From Kiritimatiellia bacterium (GTDB lineage Bacteria; Verrucomicrobiota; Kiritimatiellia; CAIVKH01): DNA of 64,000 bases. The position numbers and the translations under genes were made by a program. The first letter of the stretch is position 1. Each line of letters starts with the position of its first letter. Below are positions 34,410 through 44,998 of this stretch, piece after piece. The notes under the pieces were generated by a model that worked only from the letters and a program-made list of their open reading frames with translations, did not search any database and was not told the origin of the DNA. The stretch covers positions 618,845-682,844 of the forward strand of contig JAOSKE010000003.1 of assembly GCA_027493775.1 (NCBI GenBank), read 5' to 3'.

Positions 34410-37400
34410 TTACCCGTGCGGAAATCGACTGCTTAGAAACTCAGTCTCTTCGCGGTTAAGCCCGTAGTAATTAGCAATTTGTACATTTATCTTGCGTTGC
34501 CCTTCAGTGGTTGTTTTGCTCAATTCAGCGCGAATAATTTCAGTAATAGCCCCTTGCTTTTCGAGCGGCTGAATTGGTACGGGCAAGAGTTCGACATGTT
34601 GCCGCAACCAGCGCCAGCCGGTTTCATCAAGGCGGTTGCAAATCATGTCGAGATAGAAGAGGAGAGCCTTGCTGTTTAGAAACGCGAGGAGCCATTCATA
34701 CCCGACGCAATTTTTCGTTACTTCTCCCATTGTTAGAATGTAGCCTGTGTTTCCCACAAAATGACGGTCCCCGTTGAAGGTGAAAGCATTACCAGTCCGT
34801 GCCAGTTCCGCCCACACGATTTTCGGTTTAGAAAAATCGTCCCAATAATCTATCTGGTCTTGGGTCTCGAACCATTGATTGCCAGTTTTTTTACGCGACT
34901 TGTCCAAATTCTTTTCATTTACCGAAAGACCATGCGCAAGTATATGCGCTTTAACTGATTGTTTTTCCGCCGCTGTAAGTGTTTGCCCGGTTTGCCGTAA
35001 CTTCGGATAGAATCCGTACAGAAACTTTTTTACAGCGGGGTATTTGTCGATATCAACGTGCAACGCCGGGAATGTTCCTATAACATATAACTCAGCCCAG
35101 CTGTACGCATACCGTTTGATGTCCCTGCCGCGAAGAATCGGTCGTATTAATTTGGCAGTACGGTTATGCTCGTCAGCATCCATACAATTGCCAAGGATTT
35201 CATTGCGTTTTTCCTCGTCAATAATAAACGCATCGTTGTATCCAGTGAGAATACCACGGTAGATTTTTACATCCCAATTTTTTAGTGGGACTCCTTTCGC
35301 CTCTATCTTGCGTTTGATTGCTTGCTCAAGCGGGGTGAGAATCACCCAACTCGCGCCATCAGCAGGAAATGCACAAGGAGTTGCATTCTGTCGAACAAAA
35401 AGGCTCAAATTATCGCAGCTGGCATTGGTGGCGGTGACGGCGTGAGTTTCTGTGTTTTTTGCGCCGTTTGTGCTGTTGTTTTTCTCATAAAGCAGAATGT
35501 TGGTATCGACGGTGGCGGACGCAAATATTTTCTGACCCGCAAAATCAATGAGGGTTTTGGGTCGAGTATTAGCAGCAAGAAACTTGCGAAGAGACGCGCC
35601 GTAACCGGTCCGCATCCATTTGTTCGAAGTAATGAAACACAAGTATCCATTATTCTGCAGTAACTGCCACGCGCGTTCGTAAAAAAGTGTGTAGATATCG
35701 CCAGTACGCTCAAAAGTCTGAAAACCGAGGTCTTTGTAGAGGCTTGCCAGTCCACCTCGTTTGCTCTGGAGCTGGACATAAGGCGGATTGCCGATCACGA
35801 TATCGAAACCTTTTCCGAGCGAACTTCCGAACATCCAATGAGGATCAAAGAAGTCAGAAGATGCCTGCGGATCGAAAGGATCCCAAGTAGCGATGTGTTC
35901 GGCTTTCTTGGATGAGCCGAGGCTTTCGGCAAGCAACCTGCTGAGTTTTTTGCGTAGGTCTTTGATCTTGCGTTGCAGGGCAAGTTTCTGGTCTCGGCGC
36001 TGGATACCGAAATGGCTGTGGTATAGATCGTCGATTTCTGATTCGATCTTATAGATCTCGGGATTCACGAGTGCCAGCTGGTTCATCTTCGGCAGACCGA
36101 TGAGCGTATTGGCGACAACAAACTTGGTTTCCAGATTGGGCAGTGGGCGAATGCCGTGGTTTTGCTTCTTATTCCGATTGGTCTTTTGATCGCAGACGAG
36201 GGAGATAAAAAAGCGGAGCTTCGATATCTGGATGGCGATGGGCTGGATGTCCACACCGAAGAGACAGTTTTCGATGAGGTAGAGCTTACGACCGTAGTCG
36301 TCCTCGTTGTCGGCGAAGTCCCGCTCGATGGCTTCGATGGCAGCTTCTCGCGCGGAGGAATCGGGAATCTTCGCGGCGGCGGCGATCTGGAGTTGCTTCC
36401 AGCGCGCGTTGTCCGGGGTCGAGTTTGTGGATGACAAACACAAGTTTGTGCAGCATCCCCATCGGGAAGGCTCCGGAGCCACAGGCGGGATCGAGAATCT
36501 TACAGGTGTGGATGGCATCGAGCAGGGCAGCGATTTCGCGCTCATAAAACGGGTGTTCGCGCTCGGTGTAGGCGAAGAGGATGTCGAGGCCAGCCCGTGC
36601 GTCCTTTTCCGCCAAGCCGCACCCCGCCAACGCACCGACAAGGTGGGCCTTGAGCGATTCGTCCACCATGTATTCGACGATGGGGCGCGGGGTGTAGAAA
36701 GAGCCGGTTTGCTTGCGAGCGGTGCTCTTGGTTTCCTCGTTATAGGAGGCGAGCAGATTCTCGAAGACCTTGCCGAGCAATTCGGGATCGAGGGCGATTT
36801 CCTGATCGATCGGGGTATTCTCGACAATGGTAAATTTGTAACGGTTTAGAATAGGGATCAGGCCGGTGACTTTTTCCGCCCTACGCTGTCTGTCGTCATA
36901 GATGTCGGAAAGGTCTGCCGTTTCGCCGCTGTCGAAAAAAAGGCGGTCGGGAACGTGGGGGCGTTTGCTGGCATTGCGGGAGAAGCCGTCGAGGTAGAGT
37001 TTTTTGTCGGTACTTTCCTCGGTGCGGTCGAGACATTCAAAAAGCCCGCCGTTGAGAAAAGGAATGTCCGCAAAGAGAGCGATGGCCTCGTCAGGCGAGC
37101 AAGCGAAGAGCTTTTCATAGCGATAGAGGTTGTTGATGTCGTACGTAGTTCTGTTCTTCGCGAAGCCTTCGTCCATGGCGAAAACGCGATAAGGCTTCCC
37201 GTTACTGTCCTTGCCCATACGCTGATTTAGCGTGGCGAAGAAAAGGTTTTGTAGAATGGCCAGGTAGTAGCTGGAACAGGTCTCGCTTTCAGGATCGAAT
37301 CCCTTGAGTATTTTGGCAAGGTCGGTGGGATGGAAAAGTTTCTCCGGGATAAGATTCTTTTCCTTGAGGAACCAGCAGAAAATAAGCCGGGTAAGCAGAC

Positions 37401-38187
37401 GAATAAGGCCCGTGGCGCGGCGCTTTTCATCATCTGGCTCCAAGTCGGCGGGAAACTCAACTTGCGGGAGTGCCCAGAAATACCAGTTGGCCAGCTCACG
37501 GTAAAAACGCTCATTAAGCAGTTCGACGTTAAAAATCTGCTCCCAAGCGGCGTGTAAGGTGTCGAAGTCGGTGATGAGCAGTTTCTTCGGATGGACGAGA
37601 TTAGGCAGCGCCAGGGAATCGAGAATGTCGAGGTGGCCGCGGTGGGGTTGGGCGAAGTTGATATCGCGTATGATGGTGGCCTTTTCGAGGACATCTTTGC
37701 TCTCGTCGTTTTTGTTTCGGCGGCGATTGATGACGGCAATGGTGAGTCGGCTCTGGTGCTTGAAGATCACCATGACGGGCATGGGGAAAAGACGATTGAT
37801 CTGTCGGGCGATGGCGGAGAATTTACCTCGGGCGTATTCGCCACCATTTAGCTCGATGGCGACGAAGACGTAGGATTTGAGCAGACCGCGTTGAACGGAG
37901 TCGTCGGTGAACAGACTCAACTCGCGGCTGAGCTCCTGATCGGTAAGCTGGAAAAGAAGATCAGCGGTCTTCCATTCATCGAAAAGGGCTTTTTTCTCGT
38001 CAAAGGTGTGGCCGGAGCCGAAGAGATCGAGAAATGCCTGCGGCGAGGAGCCGGCACCGGCAATCGACCTCTTGCTCCCGTAGCCCAGCCTGTTTAAGAG
38101 CGCCGTGGCGGCTTTCGCCAATGGTTGGGCGCCAAATTCGGCAAGCGCCTTGACGATGGCGTGTTTCGTGTCGTGAACAGTAGGCAT
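34410..38187 (-). CDS. Type IIG restriction-modification enzyme (MmeI/PglX-like fused endonuclease-N6-adenine methyltransferase-TRD). Frameshift at the G4 run near 36416.
   Basis: MTase motif I DPACGSGAF and motif IV NPPY. The C-terminal specificity domain contains IR-1 and IR-2. The N-terminal 633-aa ORF and C-terminal 805-aa ORF join at ...VFVIHKLDP|DNARWKQLQ. Confidence 0.8.
35095..35149. repeat. Inverted repeat IR-2, right copy, inside the expressed Type IIG gene
   Basis: See IR-2 left copy. Confidence 0.9.
35383..35406. repeat. Inverted repeat IR-1, right copy, inside the expressed Type IIG gene
   Basis: See IR-1 left copy. Confidence 0.9.
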
Positions 38188-38189
38188 GA

Positions 38190-39065
38190 CTAGGCTTTCT
38201 TCTTCCGCAGTTTCCTGGCGCTCAACGGCGTGGCCTTCTTCATGCCCTGCGAAAGGCCCAGATAGTTCTCCGAAGAGATGACCTTGCGGCCGCTCTTCTT
38301 CTCGAGTTCGCGGCGGGCGTTGCCGGCCACCGCGCCGCCGTCCTGGGCGGCGGTCTCGTTTTCTGGGAAACCCTGGGCGTCGCGGGTGCGGGTGATCTCA
38401 GTGGTGGCGGCTTCGCCGAGCATCGAGAAGATCAACTCCAGGGCGGTCATGTGGTCGCGCAGGTTCTGGCGGGCCAGTCCCTTGAGTTCGGCATACTCGG
38501 AAGGCGTCAGGCCGAAGGCGGCCTTTGAGATTTCCGCGGTGAGGATGGCGTATTCGCGCTGTTCCTTGACGCCCCGCCTCTTCCATTCGTCGGTTAGTTC
38601 GTCGCGGATGGCGATGGAGCGCATCCGCTTTTCGATCCAATCGTCGGAGTAGCCCTTGGCCTTATAGAGGGCTCGGGTCCGTTTGGTGGCGAGTTCGGGG
38701 TCTTCGATCTCCTGGATGCGCTCATAGCCGACCTTGGCGAGCCACCGCTTGAACGGCTCGGCTTTGGGGCTGGGGATGGATTGGATGATCCGAAACAGGC
38801 CTTCCGCATTGGCGCAGTTAAGATTTTGTGGACCGCCAGCCGTCTGGATCGAAAGGGGGTGGACAATTTGTCCATACCCTTTGGCCAGCTCGGGATCGCG
38901 GCGGCGAACCTTGTTCAGGTAATCGGTTGGATCGGCCGCGTCGGTCAGCGCGGCAACCACATCCACTACGACAAACCACCATTCGTTGTTGTGGATGGCG
39001 CGGCGGATTTCTTTGCGATGGAACAGCGCAATGCGTGTTTCAGGATTGGGTGTAATGTCTGGCAT
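38190..39065 (-). CDS. dinD: DinD-like DNA-damage-inducible protein with Bro-N domain
   Basis: Bro-N motif KEIRRAIHNNEWWFVVVDVVAALT and DinD-like central region. 3 nt downstream of the helicase gene. Confidence 0.7.
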   Translation of the reverse strand: MPDITPNPETRIALFHRKEIRRAIHNNEWWFVVVDVVAALTDAADPTDYLNKVRRRDPELAKGYGQIVHPLSIQTAGGPQNLNCANAEGLFRIIQSIPSPKAEPFKRWLAKVGYERIQEIEDPELATKRTRALYKAKGYSDDWIEKRMRSIAIRDELTDEWKRRGVKEQREYAILTAEISKAAFGLTPSEYAELKGLARQNLRDHMTALELIFSMLGEAATTEITRTRDAQGFPENETAAQDGGAVAGNARRELEKKSGRKVISSENYLGLSQGMKKATPLSARKLRKKKA

Positions 39066-39067
39066 GG

Positions 39068-42000
39068 TCAGGATTTCTCCGGGGCTTTGATGACGAGCCA
39101 GGTGACGAGGTCGAAGTCGTCGCCGGCGGAGGTCGGCGATTCGGCCGCCGACGGCAACACGGCGTTACGACCGGCCTGGAGCGCAGACGCTGCGCGTTTT
39201 CGGAAGGTGTGCTCGATGGAGGCCAGCGCCTTCTTAAGCAGGCTGTCGTAGTGGCTCATGTCCGTACCGTCTTTCGTGTGCTTGTCGAACAGGTTGCAGA
39301 GCTCATCGAAAGCGGTCGTTTCGCCAGCTGCCAGATCACGAAGCAACAGCATGGACTCCTTCGGCTGGGCGAAACTGAAGCGAACCATGCCGTCGTCATG
39401 GACATAGACGATGTAGTACGGGACGAGCGGATTCAGATTGGTCGTATCCGCCGGTTTATCTGACTCCCTTTTCTCGACCGCCGCTCGATGTCGCAGGCAG
39501 AACAACACGCCCGGACGGACCCTCGCAAACAAGTCTTCCTTCGTCGGAACCACGGCATAAAGCCCCTCTCCCGCCTCCTCAAGGGCAGCTCGGTTGGTTT
39601 CCAAATACTGCAACAGATCGAGCCTAAACTCATCCAGCGAAAAGTCTGTCAGTGAGACAGAATCATCAAGATCACTCAGGTCGAGAATCTCGTCCTTGAG
39701 CCGCTTGAGCTGGCGATCCCGGAACAGGAGGTCTTCCTTAATAAGCTCCTGTAGTTGATCAGGATCGAGCAGATTATCGCTTTGAGTAGCCGACAAATCC
39801 ACCAGTGCCATACGTGCTTCCACGCGCATTTTTATTCCGAGGTACTGATCCAAATCGGATACAGGCCAAAAATTTACGAGTTGGACAGAGTCGTTACGGG
39901 AGCCGATTCGATCAATACGGCCAAAGCGCTGGATGATGCGCACCGGGTTCCAATGGATGTCATAGTTAATCAGAAGGTCACAATCCTGGAGGTTCTGTCC
40001 TTCAGAAATACAATCGGTTGCAATCAGTAGATCAATTTCCTCGTTCTGGTTGGGAAATCTCTGCATTTGCTCAGCTCTGCGCTTCGCGCGGGGCGCAAAA
40101 TTAGTCAAAATATCATCGTAATCTGTTGCTCCCAGACTGGCGGCATTGCCCCCGTCTCCACACACGAGGCCCACGTGGATATTGAGTTCGCTCCTCGCCC
40201 ACGGCTCAAGGTGTTCATGTAAATAACGGGCTGTATCGGCAAAGGCAGTGAAAACAAGAACCTTCTTATTTTTCTCTCCATCGCGATTGGTTGAAGGTTC
40301 GCGAACTTTCGTCTCTATAAATTCTTTTAATTTCGCGAGTTTTCCATCGCGTTTGACTGTAACGGCTTCCGTTTTTTCGAGTAGATATTGCAGCTGTGTT
40401 CGGTCATTGCGCACGGCCTTGAGCCATTCCGGCAACTTTAGATGTTTAAGATGTATGCGCCGATGGCCACCGATTGTGAACTCCTCTTCATCAAAATCAG
40501 GGTCTTCAAAAAGTTCCGGAGTCAGTTGCTCGTAGCTCATCTGCGAGTTGTCGTTGGAATGCGCCTCAAAAAGGGTGATTTTTTCTTCGATCTCACCAAT
40601 TTTTTTGATCGTTCGCTTTAGCGTCCACCGGAAGGAGTCCACGGAACTCTCCAGCCGCTTAAGGAGGTTCACCTTCATCATGGCAATGAGGATGCGTTCG
40701 CGCCCTTCCTGTGTAAACGCGCCTAGTATCTTTGCCTCATAGCGCTCCCGTACACTGGGAGGTAAATCGTCGCGCAAGTAGTGAGTGGGGTGATACAAGG
40801 CGAGGCGAAGAGCGTTAATTTCACGGTCCAATTGCTCGAATGACAGAAAGTGTTGTTGCAAGTCTATCGGCGCATGAACGGCCCTCGGCGGTGGGCGTTG
40901 CGGAAAGCCACCCAACTCTTTCATTTCGTCCTTGTAGTATCTGGCTACCTGCTTGCGTGAACGAGCGATACTGAGGCCATCGAGTAGTCTAAAAAAGTCG
41001 CCACCTATGCCCGAAAGTAAATCGCGCGTCTTGCGATCTTCCGGAGGCCTTTTTGCCCATGCGGTGAATTGCATCTGCGCCTGGCGCGAGGTTTCTTTTA
41101 CCGATGCAATATCAAGCTTCTCGGCAAAGGCGGTATCTGCGAAATCGTCGCGAGCGACGTCACCTCCGGCGATAAACGAAATCTGGTTGCGAAGATCCGC
41201 CAACTGATTATTCACAGGTGTCGCAGAAAGCAGCAGAACTTTGGTATGTACGCCGGCTGCAATAATGTCCTCCATTAGACGCTGGTAGCGGCTGCGACGG
41301 GGCGCGGCGTCCCCCTCACGCTGCGTTGCAAGCTTGTTATTGCGGAAGTTGTGAGACTCATCAATTACGACCAAGTCGTAGCCGCCCCAATTCAGAGTGT
41401 CCAAATATAAACCATTGACCTCCCCTTTCTCGCGAGAAAGGTCCGTATGATGAAGAACATCGTATCGAAACTTGTCATCAGCAAACGGGTTGAGTGAGCT
41501 GGGGCTGCGATAGATAGTCCAGTTCCGGCCGAGCTTTTTTGGACAGAGCACTAAAACTCGCTCATTCCGCAATTCGAAATATTTTATTACGGCTAGAGCA
41601 GTGTATGTCTTCCCCAGACCAACGCTGTCCGCCAAAATACAGCCGCTGTAATCGAGGATTTTATTGATAGCAGCCTTTGCGCCGTCTTTCTGAAATGAAA
41701 AAAGGGTCTTCCAGATATGGGTGTCTGGGAGCGCTGTTTGCCGTAAACTCTGATCGAGATCGCGGGCAACAGCCAAGTAATCGCGAAAGAGATGAAACAG
41801 CGTGAGGTAGTAGATGAACTGTGGGGGGTGGTTGGCGTAAAGCTGACCGAGATAATCCAGAACTTCCTGTTTTACGTCTTGAACAAGCGCATCATCATTC
41901 CAAAGTTCATAAAACCATCTTTTTAAGTCTTGGCGATCACGGTCACTATCAACTACGAGGTTTAACTCGATATTGCTGTTGGCGTGCGTGAGACCGAGCT

Positions 42001-42443
42001 CCATGCACGGTGAAATTTGAACTGCCGAGCATCGCATGTTCCACACCGCCTTTGGCGATGTGGTACATTTTGCCGTGCAGCAGTTGGGCGTGGCGCACTG
42101 ATCGGATATTCACTTTTTGCTCAATCCAGTTTGCGCAATCTCGAGCCACCCTTTTTTGCTCCAACTTTTGGCTCAGTTGTAGGCCCCTCTCATTGAGGAC
42201 AAACGCCTTCGTTGCGGTTTTATCTGGATCGAGAGACTTGATGAATCGCGGCTCACCGAAAAGGAAATCGAGGTGCCCTATCTGGTCAAGATGCTCACGC
42301 AATGCATCGTAGGCGTAAATCGTAAAATAGGCCGAGACAACCGAGAGACTAGAGCCTGATTTTATTTTCTCTCGCAAGAATTCCGCAACAATGCCGCGAT
42401 GATAGTTGTCGCGAATACCAGTTATGGGAAGCGATACCGTCAT
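39068..42443 (-). CDS. PLD-family (HKD) nuclease domain fused to SNF2-family helicase. Frameshift near 42002.
   Basis: N-terminal HxK...GSSNFT motif (LLHGKMYHI...GSSNFT). SNF2 motifs DSVGLGKT, DESHNFRN, LLSATPVNN, and helicase-C QRFGRIDRIGS. Both ORFs join at ...NFTVHG|ELGLTHANS. Confidence 0.8.
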
Positions 42444-42624
42444 TTAGCCTGCTTCATGCGTACAACACACCATATTCCCTAGTGCCTGATATTCGCACAG
42501 ACATTTGTCATTTGCCAGACCTCTTGCACAAAGCCAGCTCCCGCGCATGAATCGTTCATGCGTATAGCATTCTTTACCCTTGTCGTAAAGACTTCTAATG
42601 GGTCGGACAATTCACGGTTGAGTT

Positions 42625-43278
42625 TTGTTCCCGACAATCTACGCTGGAACGATGTTGACGATGAGAAATAGGGGGGTGACGGGGTTTGAGGTGTTGGCCG
42701 ACGATGTGCCAGCGTTGTGCTGGCCGACGGGGCGACGGGACTTGTTCTCTAATTCAGGGGAGTATGTGGCGAGGACGCGGGTGAATCCGGAGTATGGGCG
42801 GCCAGGGTGGACGCGGGATTGTGGAAAGCGGTTTCATCGTGGAGTGGATATCGCGCCGATTCGTGTTCGCTCCGCAGGTCGTACCGTGACAGTGCTGTTC
42901 TCCGATTGTCAAACGGGACACGAGTTTCCAAGTGTGGAGGAGGCGTGGGTTCCCGAGGATGAGGTGTTCGCCGTGTTGCCAGGGCGGGTGGTCGAGTGGA
43001 ATGGGGTGGAATCAAAATCGGATTTTGGTCTCTACGTGGTCTTGGAACACGCGTCGCAAAATATGTTCACACTGTATGGTCATCTGGCATCGGTCGGTGT
43101 TGAAGAAGGCGCGGATGTAAGCGCAGGAATGCGATTGGGGGGAATGGGACAGACGAGTCGTAGCGCGGATGCGCGGAATTGGATGGCCATTGCACCGCAT
43201 CTGCATTTCGAGGTGGTTACAGGTTCGGGGAATGCGTACGATCCACTGGAGTTTTTACAACGCGGATTGCCGCGATAG
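42625..43278 (+). CDS. M23 family metallopeptidase (LytM domain)
   Basis: HxxxD (FHRGVDIAP) and HxH (PHLHFEV) zinc-ligand motifs. Confidence 0.8.
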   Translation: MFPTIYAGTMLTMRNRGVTGFEVLADDVPALCWPTGRRDLFSNSGEYVARTRVNPEYGRPGWTRDCGKRFHRGVDIAPIRVRSAGRTVTVLFSDCQTGHEFPSVEEAWVPEDEVFAVLPGRVVEWNGVESKSDFGLYVVLEHASQNMFTLYGHLASVGVEEGADVSAGMRLGGMGQTSRSADARNWMAIAPHLHFEVVTGSGNAYDPLEFLQRGLPR

Positions 43279-43285
43279 GGTTTGA

Positions 43286-43759
43286 ATGAGAAGTATGAAA
43301 ATTAGCGCGTCAAAAATTAATCTGGTTCAGTTGCATTCCGAGGATTGGTTGGAGGTGCGTCCGCTGATTCGGGCGTTCTACAAATATTTCGGCTATCGCT
43401 TTTCAGAGCAAAAACAAGGCCGCGCGTTCCGTGAATTGCTGGCGGATGAAACGATCGGCGCTGCGCTGTTGATCCGGGTCGAGGAGGAGGCGGTCGGCTA
43501 TATCGTGCTGACGCGGGGCTGGAGTATTGAGCACGGCGGGCCGGTGGCGTTGGTGGACGAGTTGTTCGTCGCAAGTGGATTTAGAAACCAGGGCGTGGGC
43601 AGTCGCGTCCTGCGCCTGTTGCGCCAACACGCGCGCAGGATGGGGATACGGAGATTGTTCCTCGAAGTGGAATCCTACAACCCCCGCGCAAAGGCGCTCT
43701 ACGCGCGCACGGGTTATCGCGATACGAAACGGACGTTGATGAGAATGAACACCGATTAA
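43286..43759 (+). CDS. GNAT family N-acetyltransferase
   Basis: Acetyl-CoA binding motif RNQGVGSRVL and GNAT fold length. Confidence 0.8.
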   Translation: MRSMKISASKINLVQLHSEDWLEVRPLIRAFYKYFGYRFSEQKQGRAFRELLADETIGAALLIRVEEEAVGYIVLTRGWSIEHGGPVALVDELFVASGFRNQGVGSRVLRLLRQHARRMGIRRLFLEVESYNPRAKALYARTGYRDTKRTLMRMNTD

Positions 43760-43936
43760 GGGGGCGGAAGGCTGAAACCCGAGGAATGGTTGGTGGGTTG
43801 ATGAGGGCGGATTGCCCACAAGGGATACGGAAGACGCAAAAAATACGTCCTCCGCCACCTCGTGCGGCAGGAGCGAGGGACCGTGGATACGCAATTAGAC
43901 CTTGCCCGGAATGGGCGGGGAAGTGAACATAGGTGT

Positions 43937-44940
43937 ATGGCTAAAGAACAGGATGTGGCGGCGGTCCCGCTGGAATGGGTCGGGCCGGTGATGTTTTCGG
44001 GGCCGGAGATTTCAGGCGAGGCGCTGCTGCCGTTGGCGACCTACGAGTCGCCGTTGTGGCCCTCGGTAAATCGGGGAGCGCGGGTGACGCGCGAGATCGG
44101 TGGGCTTTCTGTTGTGGTGGTTTCGGAATGTATGACGCGCTCAATCGCGGTGGAGGCGGAGAGCGCTGCCGCAGTCGCAGAAGTGGCACGGGCGTTGCCG
44201 GGGCTGATGGAGGATATGCGGAGAGTGACCGCGACGACGAGTCGCTTTGCACAACTTCAAGAGGTGCATACGCAAATCGTCGGACGGGTGTTGTTTATCC
44301 GATTCTCGTTCACGACGGGAGATGCGTCGGGTCATAATATGGCGACAAAGGCTGCGGATGCGCTGATGGCGTGGCTATTGGAAACGTACCCGCGCCTGGA
44401 TTACGTTTCGATTTCCGGGAACGTTTGCACGGATAAAAAAGTTTCGGCCGTGAACGGAATTTTGGGCCGCGGCAAATATGTCATAGCCGAGGCAGTCATC
44501 CCTGCGGCGACGTGCGAAAAGCGCTTGCGGACGACGGCGGCGAAGATCGCGGATTTGAATCTCAAAAAAATTGGATCGGCACATCGCTTGCCGGCGGCGT
44601 TCGTTCCGCAAATGCGCACTTTGCAAATATGCTCCTGGCGTTCTACCTCGCGACGGGGCAGGACGCAGCGAATATCATTGAAGGCTCGCAGGGGTTCGTC
44701 CACACCGAGGCGCGTGAGGACGGTTCCCTCTATTTTTCGTGTACGCTGCCGAACCTGATTATGGGGTCGGTCGGCAACGGGAAGGGTCTCGATTTTGTGC
44801 AACGCAATTTGGAGCGGCTCGGATGCGCGGAGGAACGAGCGGCGGGCGCAAATGCGCGGCGACTCGCAGCGCTTTGCGCGGCGGCGGTATGGTGTGGGGA
44901 GCTTTCTTTGCTAGCCGCGCAGACAAATCCGGGGAGCTGA
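43937..44940 (+). CDS. mvaA: 3-hydroxy-3-methylglutaryl-CoA reductase (class I catalytic domain). Frameshift at the A7 run 44564-44570.
   Basis: Motifs VPLEWVGPV, TTGDASGHNM (DAMGMNM-like), and GTSLAGGVRSANAHFANMLLAFYLATGQDAAN in the second frame. Confidence 0.8.
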
Positions 44941-44998
44941 TGCGGGCGCATGTAAAATTAGAACGGAAATCCCGGAGGTAATTGGGTATAGTGCCGAC

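Larger units (their letters stand above)
33566..34459 (+). other. Start-less (silent) alternative target-recognition-domain cassette for the adjacent Type IIG RM gene, TaqI_C-like specificity domain
   Basis: Open frame from the stop at 33563 with no ATG until 33689. It encodes SLFVRQNAITCTFPADGSSWTILNPIELSIKRKI...LIRPILRGRDIKRYAYSWAGLY, homologous to the C-terminal TRD of the 34410-38187 gene, then a divergent C-terminal half. Confidence 0.75.

Noticed and set aside
33566-34459. Treating the 33689-34459 ORF as an independent 256-aa protein
   Set aside because: Homology to the TRD extends 120 nt upstream of its first ATG in the same frame. The segment lacks a start and RBS and is bounded by IRs matching the expressed gene. 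It is therefore a silent cassette, not a stand-alone gene.
32929-42443. Prophage or integrative element carrying the RM genes
   Set aside because: No phage structural, replication or tyrosine-integrase genes and no att-like direct repeats. The serine recombinase is invertase-sized and paired with inverted repeats inside the RM gene.
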